Notes: generated by a model from the letters alone, not told the origin. Shown: positions 21,486 through 33,500, counted from the whole stretch's first letter. The stretch is DNA of 63,486 nucleotides, filler included, from Perkinsus olseni (GCA_013115125.1; 21 parts of 21 records of this genome joined end to end with filler, not necessarily neighbours in it); one strand, 5' to 3'. Program-made: numbers and translations.

Positions 21486-24438
21486 GGCGTAACCAGGGGG
21501 GGGCAAAGGGGGGCACCTGCCCCCCTTTCTGACCGACCGGCCCCACCAGCTGCCCCAGTTAGTGATGTGGTCTGCTTGGGGGGCAAAGAAGAAGCGCGTT
21601 CTCGCGGATCACGATCCAAGCCTGACGGTTCGTGCTGGAGAAGTTCGCGCGTGCGGTTTTGCACGCATGCGCGAGGCCTTCACAGCGAGCGCCGTTGAAC
21701 GTGAGTAATCGCACATATTTCAATGACAAGCCGTATATGGTGTCAGCTCATGGCGGGCGCGCAGCAGCAAGCGTCGCCTGGCGGCTTCAGTTTTCAGCCT
21801 GTGGTTTCCCATGTCCAAGCGTCAAATGCCAATTACTGGCTTTCTTGCCAAATACCCCAGGTCGAGCAGCTCTGGATCCGCTGTACAGCAGGCCGTGAGG
21901 ATCCCTGAAGATGCCAGATCCTCTCCCGATTCTGTGAGGGCCGATGAGGATGATGTCGAGAAGGCTGAATCAAACACCGGCACTGATGATCAACCGCATG
22001 TCTCCGAGTTATCGACGGGCGAGAAGGGATCGATCGGGGTGCCCGGTCTCTCAATACTGAAGAAAGATGGGCCTACGCAGCCCAAGGGTCCCTTCCCAAA
22101 GAGAAACGGGCGGGCCTTCGTGGGCACCTGGTATGATAAATATCCTTGGATTGAATACTCGGTAGCAACGGGTCGTGCATACTGTTACCCTTGTCGGTTT
22201 TTCCGCCCGGCTCCATCAAGAACATGGTGTGTTGATGGCTTCGCCAACTACAAGAAGTCGGAGCGTATCGCTGATCATAGCTCGAGTGGGGAGCACAAAG
22301 CCGCCATGGAAGCCTGGTCGCGCTACCGCGTTGAGTGTTCAACTGGAGAAACTGTTGCGACTCGGCTAGGTGAGGCGGGTCGAGCTACCGTGGCCGCCAA
22401 CAGGCGCCGTATCCGGTATTGTCTTCAAGTTGTCCTTTTCTGCGCCATTCAGGGCATCGCTCTTCGTGGACACTTGGAGGATCGGAGTGATCCTGACGAT
22501 ATGTCGAACAATTCTGGTAACTTTCTAAGCATCATGAAGTTATTGGCTTCCCACTCACAAACCCACCGCGAGCAGTTTGAGGGGGCCCGTAATAGTCGTT
22601 ACCTTTCGCCAAAGGTCCAAAATGACCTTCTGGCCCTTGGGGCCCAGTGGGTGCGAAGAAAAATCAGCCAAGCCGTGGCTAGTTGTAAGTTTTTTGCACT
22701 CATTGGGGATGAGTCGAGAGATAATAGCAAGACTGAGCAGCTATGCTTAACATTGAGATATCTACGGCCTGTCGACTCTACAGCTCCTTCTAAAGCCTTG
22801 GAGGTGGTGGAGAGTATCCTTTTAACAGCCCCTTGCGAGGCTCTCACTGCCGATTATTTGACTGAACTTATCAAGGATAGTCTGCTCGAGAATAGCATCA
22901 ATGTGAGCGATTGTGTTTCAACTTCATTTGATGGAGCAGCCAATTTCTCGGGATCGAAGGGAGGTGTACAAAACCTCCTCCGGGAGAGGTACGCATCCCG
23001 CTCCATTCATGTCCATTGTCTAGCACATAAGGCCAATTTGGTCCTAACCGCTGTGTGTCGAGACATCCCGTCGATCCCCCTATTATTTGATACCTTACAA
23101 GAAGTCTATGTATTCGTTTCGAGTGCGGCTGTCCATCCGCAGTGGATGCGGATCCAGCGTGACGTCTACCCCAATGAGCCGCCTCGCGAGCTGAGAGCGC
23201 TCAGTGAGACGAGATGGAATGCTCGTTACGAGTCGGCCAACATCATGTGGATTCGCCTGGAGGCTATCTATGATTTATTGGATCATATCATTGACAATGA
23301 CGTGCCCGACAGGAGGGCCAAGGCCGAGGCTTTGAGTCGTAGGCTCGATGGACCTTTTGTTGTCGGTTTGTCCATGATGCGGTGGGTCCTCAAGATGATG
23401 AGTGCCTTCACCATAGAGATGCAAAAGGTGGACTTCAACCTGTCGGATGCTATCGCTCGTGCCGTCGAGTTAGACTTGGTTCTTCAAAGGCCGAGAGCTG
23501 ATGAGCCAGACGAGGTATGGGAAGATGTTATCTTCGGCCCGGCGAAGGATATGTGCGAGGAGCTCGAGATTGACTTCGTTCCTCAGCGACCAGTTCGTCG
23601 AGTGAGGGCTGAGAAAGGCCCGAGGTGCAGGGCGGATTACCGTGCCATTTTCATCAAGGTTTGTGACGCTCTGCATCTAGAGCTCCAGGATCGCTTTTTG
23701 GGTGAAGAGAGGCAGGCATTGTACGACGGTCTCGATGCTCTCAACCCCGCGATGGAAGAAAAGTTTCTCCAAGCCGGTCCCCTCATTGGTATGGCTCAGC
23801 ATTTCGGTATAATCACTAAGGATAGCTCTGCTGTCTCTGGTTTACTTGCCGAGGTTAGGACCTTCCGAGACACTCTGGCTCGTGTTGATGGCAAGCCCGG
23901 GAGCCTGATGACTCTGCTGCAATTCCTCAACGAGCGAGAGCCGATTTTCCACAACATATTCCAATTGGCGAGAGTTTGTGCAACCATACCAGTATCTTCA
24001 GCTCAGTGTGAGCGGGGTTTCTCTGGAGTTCGTCGAATAAAGAACTTTATGAGAAGTACCATGACGCACGGACGACTTTCTGACCTCATCGTTATACATC
24101 TTAACCGCCAATTGGCTTCGCGAATCAATGAGGAGGAGGTCGTTGATGACTATCGCGATGCTGCCGAGAGGCGCGTTGATCTGTGATGCTCTCGGGCCTT
24201 CTGAGTCGTCAGGTGTCTCATCAGCATTGCAACAGGTGATTGTCGTTCATTCACCTGCATTGATTTTCAGTTTCCTCGTTGAGGTATCTGTCATGTTGAA
24301 TAGTCGGGAAGGGTGACAATCTCGAGGATATTTGATCCTCGATATACAATATATCATACATTCAGCATGACCCACCAGTGGTGGGCCACCCGGGATGGAG
24401 TACAAAACCTGACCCCACCGCATTAACAGCTGCCCCCC
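21486..24438 (+). mobile_element. hAT DNA transposon filling the whole contig
   Basis: Left end GGCGTAACCAGGGGGGGGCAAAGGGGGGCACCTGCCCCC is typical of hAT TIR regions. The right end terminates in CAGCTGCCCCCC. Encodes a transposase. Confidence 0.88.
21811..24186 (+). CDS. hAT transposase (zf-TTF/DUF4371, ZMYM1/P52rIPK-like), 791 aa, intact
   Basis: WYDKYPWIEYS..AYCYPC zinc finger, ALRGH, catalytic DESRD and FDGA, HCLAH, ETRW and SSAQCERGFS dimerisation domain. Confidence 0.93.
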   Translation: MSKRQMPITGFLAKYPRSSSSGSAVQQAVRIPEDARSSPDSVRADEDDVEKAESNTGTDDQPHVSELSTGEKGSIGVPGLSILKKDGPTQPKGPFPKRNGRAFVGTWYDKYPWIEYSVATGRAYCYPCRFFRPAPSRTWCVDGFANYKKSERIADHSSSGEHKAAMEAWSRYRVECSTGETVATRLGEAGRATVAANRRRIRYCLQVVLFCAIQGIALRGHLEDRSDPDDMSNNSGNFLSIMKLLASHSQTHREQFEGARNSRYLSPKVQNDLLALGAQWVRRKISQAVASCKFFALIGDESRDNSKTEQLCLTLRYLRPVDSTAPSKALEVVESILLTAPCEALTADYLTELIKDSLLENSINVSDCVSTSFDGAANFSGSKGGVQNLLRERYASRSIHVHCLAHKANLVLTAVCRDIPSIPLLFDTLQEVYVFVSSAAVHPQWMRIQRDVYPNEPPRELRALSETRWNARYESANIMWIRLEAIYDLLDHIIDNDVPDRRAKAEALSRRLDGPFVVGLSMMRWVLKMMSAFTIEMQKVDFNLSDAIARAVELDLVLQRPRADEPDEVWEDVIFGPAKDMCEELEIDFVPQRPVRRVRAEKGPRCRADYRAIFIKVCDALHLELQDRFLGEERQALYDGLDALNPAMEEKFLQAGPLIGMAQHFGIITKDSSAVSGLLAEVRTFRDTLARVDGKPGSLMTLLQFLNEREPIFHNIFQLARVCATIPVSSAQCERGFSGVRRIKNFMRSTMTHGRLSDLIVIHLNRQLASRINEEEVVDDYRDAAERRVDL

Positions 24439-24637
24439 NNNNNNNNNNNNNNNNNNNNNNNNNNNNNNNNNNNNNNNNNNNNTTAATTAATTAANNNNNN
24501 NNNNNNNNNNNNNNNNNNNNNNNNNNNNNNNNNNNNNNTACTCACTCAGACTGGTTTTAATTATTATTTGCCATCATTATGTCTCCATCTACCGAAGGAT
24601 TGCGTCAGGACTAACGGGAACTTCTCACAATAGTATC

Positions 24638-24918
24638 ATGAGTGACCCAGCAACAGCAATCAATCGTCTCAATCATAAGCCTCATCATAGTAAAGGCGTG
24701 GAGTGGCTTGCTCTTGTCAGGTTGAGAGAATGTTGTATGGATGTTATAGATGTCTTGAAGTCAAGAAATATTTCAGTCGAAGTCATTCATTGTTCAGCTT
24801 CTCTCAATCAGCAAGCCGATTTTCTCTCCCGCCTCACTTATGACATTCCCGCCTCCAACATAGCATCTCTCGAAGACCCTCTCGAAGCTACCCAGTCTCA
24901 AAAAGGATGGGCGGATGG

Positions 24919-24950
<32 letters not shown>

Positions 24951-24982
24951 TTGGGGCGGATGCCTTTGAAATATTTGTTTGA
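24638..24982 (+). mobile_element. Retrotransposon RNase H C-terminal fragment ending in poly-Asp
   Basis: VEVIHCSASLNQQADFLSRL (H...N..AD.LSR motif). Confidence 0.55.
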
Positions 24983-26375
24983 GATGAAGGATCTTCGCAA
25001 AAGAGCGTTCAGCAGGGTAAAATGCGCACTGAGTCGACGCAGCGGGCACCGAGGGCCGGGCGCGGTAGCGCGCGCCCGGATGATCCATAGCGTTAACGCT
25101 AGTGGGGCGTTCCAGCACTCCCCTTCAGGTGGTGTGTCTTGCTTCCTTTGGATCGTAAGTTGCGCTTGTTGTTAGATTTCTTTGAGTTTTATGCGGCAAG
25201 GCGATAGGGCCGGCTGTGTCGCACAAGATGCACACTTTGGAGGTCGCCTCTAAGAGAGCCGGGTCCGGGAGCCCGATGAATCTGCAACTGGCGGTCCAGT
25301 ATGATGAGCGAGTCAGGTTGGAGGGCTATGAGAATTTGGTTACGTATGCCCGGTCCCTCCCCACGATCTTCTCTGGTTTTTACACCATTAACTTTCCGGT
25401 GATGACTGCTGTGATCAACGAGCCCCAGAGAAACGCCACACCTGCCTACCATAACCACGGTGGCGGAAAGGGCAAGGGCCAGAGATCGGCAGGCGGGTCC
25501 CGACGAAGTCGGGGCCCGAAGCCCGAAGGCAATTCGGCCGGGTTTCGGGCGAACAACAGCTTTTTTCGGGCTTTTTCGGTCGGGCTTCGGGGGTTCGATA
25601 AAAGCCCGAACTGATTGAAAGCCTGAATCTGAGGCATTACCCATTACTCCTCGTTGTGACGGTCTTTCAGCCCGCTGTATGATGGCTACAGATTTGCCGC
25701 CGTCAAAACTCTATGCCGCGTTGAGGTACCAGTTTGCCGGGCCGATTACTTTCTATTCTAGATGGTGAGGTTCATCGCTCCACGACTAGGAGAAGCAGTT
25801 AGCAAAGACGCTGTTTTCACAAGCCCGGCTGACTGGCCCAGCCTCCACAGAACGGCTCAGAAAGAGTTCATTTACGCCACGCCATCATGTACAAGATTAC
25901 CACGAAGAGCTTGATGAGAGACAAGACCAGAATCGAGGGATTCCAGATGGAGTTACCCGACTTCCGTGTTCTCGATCACTCGGAATCCTAATACGGTGCT
26001 GATGGACTGGTGGTGAGACCAGGCTGTTGGGAGGAAAGAGGGCCGGTGGACTTGTAGGCCCTAGATGAGGCCTTCAGTTGACGATGGTGATTGTGGTGAA
26101 TAGATGATTCGTGATAACTGGAGGTTCACATCATGAGAGCGACTCTAGCGGTGGTAACTGTCATCAGTCGGCCCGGTAGAGTACCATGCCGAGCAGGTCA
26201 GAATCAATATCCCCAGACAAGGGACCCCAGCATTGATCCACTTTACTATATCTGCTGAAGAACTAATCAACGTAATAAGCGGCATCATACAGACATCAGC
26301 ACATCACATACATCAGAATAGGTTGACACAGGAAAAGCGGCACCAGGCATGACAAGTCAAGGTACTCAGGCCTCT

Positions 26376-27474
26376 TTACATGCCAGTGCAACTTCGGAGA
26401 AGACCCCGAAATCCCGAACGGCGTTGGCGTTCTGCTCGCTTGCGAAGGAGACCCCGAAACTTATTCCGTGCCTCTGGGGACGTGACTTTCCTCACCACGT
26501 TTCTCTGCCTCTTTGGGCTCCGGAGAGTGATGATTGCCCGACTAAAGTCGAAAGAGACGTCGTATTCGGTGAAGAACCAAGTGCCCAAAATGAATTTATT
26601 CAAAGATTTGTCTTGCTGAAGTCTGTCCTGGACTTGGAGTTCACACCATGCCCCTTCACATATATGCCAGTGGTTGCTGAGATGCATTTGAAATGTAGAT
26701 TCTGTGCCCACGCGAACGACCATCACAGGCAGCTGCTTGACAACATCTTCACGAAACCAAATCTTGTGGCAAGCATCGATATAAGCATATGACTCCACAC
26801 GATCTCGGCCGAACTCGTCCTCAATACTATTGAGTCAATAGCCTCCCATATCCCCTCGAACACTATCTCAGGGACGACAGTAAAGTCGGCACCGGTATCG
26901 ACCGTCACATGATGGAACTCTTCGGCATTGTTGGCTTCATTCCACGTACCACTGATTCACCACGTCGATGGACTGCGGACCAGGACTGCCGAAACAGCTA
27001 TCCGGGTCGCTAATTTCGAGTCATTTCTCAGAGGGATTAGAGTAATATCTTCGCCCTGTGGCAAAACGTCCCCAAGTACCAGCTGGTCAGTTAACCCGTG
27101 GTAGACATTGGACACGCGGATGTCAACTGTAAAATGGGGGATCACTCCGGTCTCCGCGAGCTGCTGGAGAAAAGACGAATTCCGGGAACCCGCCCGCAAC
27201 TCAGTTAGTCGAGAGCTTAATCCGAGGTAAGCCGACGGTTGACCGCCCTCCTTCACGTCAGAGCCGTCGATCATCAGACCAACATGCAAGTCGTTTATCG
27301 TCCGATTGCCAACCGTCAACGTTACTTTTCGATATACATATTTCAAACTATACCCATCGGTGTACCGAATGGAATATACGTCTTGTCGCAGCAAGGTGTC
27401 TAGGTCACACGGGTCGGTTGGAGGGCAGAAGTAGCAACCCGAGATGAGGTACTTGCAGGAACCACGGCCGTAGA
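26376..27474 (-). pseudogene. Pepsin-family (A1) aspartyl protease pseudogene, 5' truncated
   Basis: Flap IRYTDG, AYLGLS, second catalytic VDTGA and FILGTWFFTEYDVSFD. In-frame TGA at 26957-26959 and a frameshift near 26795. Confidence 0.8.
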
Positions 27475-27574
27475 NNNNNNNNNNNNNNNNNNNNNNNNNN
27501 NNNNNNNNNNNNNNNNNNTTAATTAATTAANNNNNNNNNNNNNNNNNNNNNNNNNNNNNNNNNNNNNNNNNNNN

Positions 27575-27645
27575 TTTTACTAATTTGCTCTGGGCTTTAT
27601 TAAATTGCTCTGGGGTTTTACTAAGTAGGTCTGGAAATGGTGTAG
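27575..27645 (-). mobile_element. End of a MITE/DNA transposon with 21-bp subterminal repeats, inserted in an FDXR intron
   Basis: Reverse complement of 30436-30505. Terminus CTACACCATTTCCAGACCTACTTAGTAAAACCCCAGAGCAA. Confidence 0.7.
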
Positions 27646-27659
27646 AGTGAAGGGCCCAC

Positions 27660-28483
27660 CTTGCCGGCCTCCGTCGGGCGTTCCGATAGCCATCGCAGAG
27701 CATCTTTGCTGATCTCGGTGTCCACAAACTCCTCTGCTGATTTAGACAGTACCCGAGCAACATCCAAGGCGACATTTCCGAGGCCAATAACAACAACCTC
27801 TGCCGACTGAAACAAGCACGCTCAAAAGATACTCTCTCGAAGCCCTCTACCGACCTTTTCGGGGGAGGGGAGTTTGGCTGTGACGTTGGTGAAGTCCGGA
27901 TGACCGTTGTACCAGGAAACCTGAGGGAGCACTCAGACTGCTACTGGCTGAAGGTTCGACCGCCGCCTACAAAATCCCGCGCGGTCAGGATGCCTTGCTT
28001 CACACTCTCACTGCCGGGAAGCTCAAGGCGGTTCGCAGCCTGAGCACCCGTCGCTACAACAATACCATCATAGTGCTGCTGTAGGGTCGACAACTGAGTT
28101 GAAAATCGTCGAGAGGACGGCGGAGCGAAGCACGGTACCCTCGGTGCAGCATCGGCAAAAAGCCTGAAGCGGTCATGGTACTCATGAGCGACCCCTCGGA
28201 ACTCGTTGCGGACGTTCTTGACTTCAGGATGGTCCGGTGCAACACCAAAATTAACGAGGCCGAAGGGCTCAGGTAACCTGGCGGCCAATCTCGCTCACTC
28301 TGGCGTACAGTAGCGTCATCCCCACCGTTCAAACATGTCGATGCGCGTCGAGTCCGACTGCCTCATTATGTACTTTGCAGTGTAAAACGCTCCTGGGCCT
28401 GAACCCAGGACGGCTATTCTGGGCACGGTTTTGGATAGGAGAGTTCCCGACAATCGAAGGAATCCACTTGGGACTCGCGACAT
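27660..28483 (-). CDS. FDXR: NADPH:adrenodoxin oxidoreductase (mitochondrial ferredoxin reductase), 5' exons
   Basis: MSRVPSGFLRLS.. targeting peptide, IAVLGSGPGAFY, PFGLVNFGVAPDHPEVKNV, VSWYNGHPD and VVIGLGNVALDVAR. Confidence 0.92.
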
Positions 28484-28504
28484 TGTAAAAGCTATGAGCC
28501 AATC

Positions 28505-29950
28505 CTATTGCAGTGGTAGAGGCGGTAGTGTGAGCCTTTCCATCTTCGACAGAAGTGTGGCAGGGACCACCCAGGACGAGACTATCGACGGTAACACAAC
28601 ACGTGGCGTCGCTTATCCACCATCAAGTAAGGAAGGGACCAACATGCTTCAGCCAAACTTGCTCCAGTCGAATGCTGGTAACGAGACGCTCAACTCTGCT
28701 TCTTCCCGCTTCATGGACGAGCCCTTCTTCTGTCTGACCGCAAAGCCAGTCAGAACATCAACACACGAGTCGCGCGTTCAGCTCTCATACATTCTCACCC
28801 CTGATCCCCTGTGAGATCCGTGGTGCATTCTGCCAACAACAACGACTCCCTCAGCGACCGGTTCTCTGCCTGCACTTCCTGCAACTTCACTTCAGCCCGT
28901 TTGCGAGAGGACCGCAGCCTATCAGGAGCCGCCTTCCCTTGCCGATAATCCGGAGCCGGACTGACGCTCGTATGGAAGTGGATTCGCGACGGTTTTTCTC
29001 TTCGAGCATATCCACTTTCGCCAGCAGAGCCGCATTCTCCTCCTCAAGCGAGCGCAACTAACACTACGAGGCTCTGATATCCACAATGCCGGCGACCCCA
29101 ACGGTCCATGTGCTCTCACTTTCGCCCGTAGACTCTCAGTATTCCCTACACGAGTCTCTTCACTCGCTCGAGTATCCTCACGTTTCCGCAGCATAGTGAG
29201 GGAATCCTGCAGGCTGCGGACCTTGGAAGAATACACATGATCATTATCGAAGAGGTGTACTGATGTAGAGAACCAGGCCAACGATCACACAGTCATCCAC
29301 CTCCCATTCCTGCCACTAGAAGAGGAGCTCATCGATTTCCTATTACCAACGACCAAGCAAGGGTCCCCCTCATCATCAATTTACCAATAGTAATAACCGC
29401 CGAGAGGAGGCGCTATTACTTTCTCAACCAACCGCCTCCGCTCCTCTTCAACCTTGTCAGACTTCCTCTCAGCCTCTTCAGCACGTCTTCGCCATATGCT
29501 CGCCGACGTGGATGCAGCATCACTAACCCTCCTCATCTGCCAACCTCCAACGAGCCCCCCCTAAAGGCCCCATCGCCCTACTTTATGTTGGAGCTCATCA
29601 TAGGCGGCAGTGATCACACACAGGTCATGCACTAGCCTCTTATTATCGCGTTTTAGAGCCTCCTCACGGGTACCACTCGCAACGAGCTCTTCTGACAGTC
29701 TCACAATGCCCCCACACAGGAGATGAGTGTCCCACTGTGCAGTGCTTCAACTGTTGCTACGCATGCCCGCTGGGCTTCGACCGCCGCCAAGTCTTCCCTA
29801 GCGAGCTCGTCATCAACGGTACGCGACCTACATCCGACTAGCTGGCTTGAAATGGTTCGGCGGCCCTCGGGAGTGCATCAGTCGACGTGGACCAGGGCAG
29901 AGAGAAGGTTCTGATGAACTGCTAGGCTCCCCTTTGTACTACGCTTCCTT
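28505..29950 (-). CDS. Probable multi-exon coiled-coil protein; boundaries approximate
   Basis: E/R/K-rich exon pieces on the minus strand (e.g. WRRRAEEAERKSDKVEEERRRL, LQDSLTMLRKRED) separated by short intron-like gaps. Confidence 0.4.
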
Positions 29951-30435
29951 TAATTGCCCACGATTCTGCCGATCCAGTACGATGGGAGAGTACGGGCCCG
30001 CAGAAGGAATCTGAGCTTCAAGAAGAAAAAGGAGTCATGCTACACCATTGTAGCCTCTTATAGCTCGGGTTCGGTTCGCAGAGAGCAATGGCCCCCCTGT
30101 GAATTATCTCAGAAGTTAGTCCTAGGGAGAAGAGACTCGCGGACTTCGTGACAAGAACGCGGCGGACATATATAAGACGGAAGCGGGAATTCCCCATACT
30201 CTATCCAGAATACCATCGCTTGCGACGCAGCTCGACGACGTTCGACTCGAACTGGCCGGAGTACACTGCACGATCATTCCTGATGCGCACTAGGGACGTG
30301 CCACCCCATGCCCCACACCTATTACTTTCTCCCAGCCATCGCACGCTGACGTTCTTCTTAGCAACAGCTCCGCGAGGCGGCGGTCGATCTCCTTGATAAA
30401 AGCATCCATAGTGGAAAAAGTGATTCCTCAAAGGA

Positions 30436-30505
30436 CTACACCATTTCCAGACCTACTTAGTAAAACCCCAGAGCAAATTAGTAAATCCCCAGAGCAATTT
30501 AATAA
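30436..30505 (+). mobile_element. End of the same MITE/DNA transposon family (second insertion)
   Basis: CTACACCATTTCCAGACCTACTTAGTAAAACCCCAGAGCAAATTAGTAAATCCCCAGAGCAA; the contig breaks inside it. Confidence 0.7.
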
Positions 30506-33500
30506 NNNNNNNNNNNNNNNNNNNNNNNNNNNNNNNNNNNNNNNNNNNNTTAATTAATTAANNNNNNNNNNNNNNNNNNNNNNNNNNNNNNNNNNNNNNN
30601 NNNNNTAAGCTTAATATGCGAATCTACAGTAATGTGTGGCGAGGAGATGGGTAGGTATGCGGATCCTGATTGTGGAATCACAGCCGTTGATCGTAATCAG
30701 TGTTTGATTGTGATGCATGATTGAAATCAGTGCCTGATCCGTGAAGCCTGAAGCCTGATCCAGAATACATAAATTTGATTGATATGCATGATTAGTGATT
30801 CTGATTACTGACCCTTGAGCCAGATCAATGATTGGCGATTGTAATTGATGATTTTTGATTGCAATCATCAATCAAATCACGATCGTGATTATCAAGGTGT
30901 CTGAGGAGTTGATCAGGGGATCACAATCACGGGTTCTTGAGAAAAATCAACTGCCTCTGACAAGAATGGCGGATTCGAGATTCATTACCTGATTGGGAAT
31001 GACCCCTCTGATTTGCATCCATCAATCACAAGCAGAGTTTGATACACAATCACAAGCAGAGTTTGATACACAATCACAATCAGTCAATCAATCGCGCTTT
31101 TGTCGCATGTTGAAGCGTACCGGGGGTATTCCGTATCGGTACATGAATCTGATCCTGATTAATACTGCTGATTGTACATCACGAGCACAGCTCTCTCTAG
31201 CAAGTGGGGTTTAACTAAATTCCGCAGGTGCGAACATTGAACCTGGGTCGCTCGCAGGAGCAACCTGCAATCTAATCACTCGCTTCAATCAACAAAATAA
31301 TCAGTTCGGTTGCAACTCATCTGCTGTGATCAAAAATCGGCCCAAAACGTGATTTAATTCCTGAAGAGTGAAGCATAAGACTGAGTGTGGTTCAGTAAGA
31401 GCGCGCCTAATTCAAAAAGGTGATAAAATCATGCCTGAAACCAGAAACTGAGGATACGCATACTGAAAGTAGATAGCATCTTCGCTCTGTAGCCCTCCTT
31501 ATGTCAGGCTATATAGATAAGATATTATGCTGAGATCATTCTTCGCAGCGTCTGTGGACCGGCGGCGGGATCGGATGACTTCTTACTGCGGGGCGCGATT
31601 TAGCAGACTTGCTGTTTTCTATCCTATGGGCTTGCCCAGCAGCGAAGATTTGTCTCAACGTACAGAACTCAGTCTTGAGTTGGACATAGCTGGTCCCTGT
31701 TGGATTCATAACTTACGAGACCTAATTGCGGTGGCAGTGCTGTGCAGTACAATCAGTTCCGTGTACTCGAGCTGGCGACCGCTCGGTCTGCTCCATTAGA
31801 ATTCAAAAGACACCTTCGAACGTTGTCTACTCTCCCGATCGAAGCGACTGCCTCTCACCCTTTGGGCGATGTGCCTGTAACACTTCGAATGTCCCACATT
31901 TTATACTTGTGCTGCCGTCAATTATCATCTGTTGTTGCTGCTCTCCAGACGCCTACTGTCGACGAGGTCATGGTCAGTCTTGGAGTCGTCGAAAATGAAC
32001 AATCACCGATAATAAGCGCTTTAAATCGAAATGATGGCGCTGCTAACAGATTCGACACCATTAAATGGTAAAATTTAATATCGCGTTGTCGTGACCCGGG
32101 CCTGAACGATAAGGGATTCAGGTCTGAATCCGGATTCGTACATCTTTCAAACTGTTCTGAGATGCTTGACGATCTGTGATTGCGACTTGCAATCCCAAAT
32201 GATTTCATAAACATGGTGCCTCGCAAGGTCGTTAGGCAAACCATAACGGTCACGATGACGGAGAGCCATCCCGACTGACGATGACCTTGTTCTAAGAGCA
32301 GCATTCCCTGGCTTGATGACCAGGGCCTACTCAACAGGCTGAATCGTTCCCCACGGGAGGTACATCGGTGCTAGCCTAACTAACCAGTGTTCTCAGTTTT
32401 GGGCTTCAAACTCACACGCACGATGGCTGAATGGTATCAAAGATAGGCCATACCGATACGTGAACTCGTGTGTGTCAGTTTGAAATCCAGCTCCGCTGCC
32501 GGCCAGACCCGAAGCCGATGCGGGCGTAACAGCCCATCTGCCTCGTATCGAGCGTTTGCCGTAACCGGTATTAGAGCTTGACACTGATGATTTCCATCCT
32601 CTGATGAAACCCAAGGAAGTCACAGTTACTAAGTTCATCTTGGTCGAGCGGTTAAGTTCACCGTTCGTCATCTTGGAGGCGTTGGTTCAAACCTATTGCT
32701 ATGCGCCTTCCAAGAACCATCTGCAATTAGGGAACTTAATCCAGGGGAGATGCTCCATTCAATGAATGAGCGGGTTTGCTCATCACTCGCTCATTCGATT
32801 CAGTCAAAATTGACCAATCAGGCTCCTGATGCAACTACAGTCGCTCCTGGTGAGATGCCGTGATGCGAAACGAGCAGAGAATCCTCAGCTGAAACATACG
32901 GCCTCCCGAAAACTCTAGCCTAATAATTCCCGACACAACTTTGGGGTATATGCCACGGGGAGTAGGACAGTTAAGTCGGTCCACACGCTATCGTCAGTAA
33001 AAGAAGCAAACGCAGTGGCTGGTGTCCGATTCACCATAGAAACCCGGCTGCGAGTGCCGAAGAATGGTACAGTGTTTTGATTGTTGTTACGGCCTCGCAA
33101 ATCTGCGAGTATAACACATCGCTCCCCCTAGTGCACTCAGCCTTCCATCATCTACAAGGAGAGGTGAAGTTCGGCCTGGTGACTCACAACTGTGATCAGG
33201 ATTCGCGTCCTTTGCCCGTTGGTTAACACTAAGCATCGCAGACTCTCTTCCAGAGTGTGATTCATCAGAAGGAATAGTATCCAACAGCAGCGAGCGGAGA
33301 CACTGCCACCTATACACAGGCTTTGCCTGGCTCACCCGAGTTCGGCCCTCCCCTCATCCACTACCGTACGATTACGAGATTGCTAGATTGTCGATCCCAG
33401 ACTAGTGCAGTGCTCAGTAAATGGATCGTGCACCGATCGTGAACAGCATTCTGCAAGGTTGATAGGAAGACAAGGCGCAGCCGAAGGCTGCGATGTGTCG

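Noticed and set aside
24794-25175. Poly-Met, poly-His and poly-Ile ORFs
   Set aside because: Alternative readings of one (GAT)n microsatellite.
26957-26959. Selenocysteine or readthrough TGA in the aspartyl protease
   Set aside because: The same gene has a frameshift, the site is not catalytic, and TGA ends other genes in this window.
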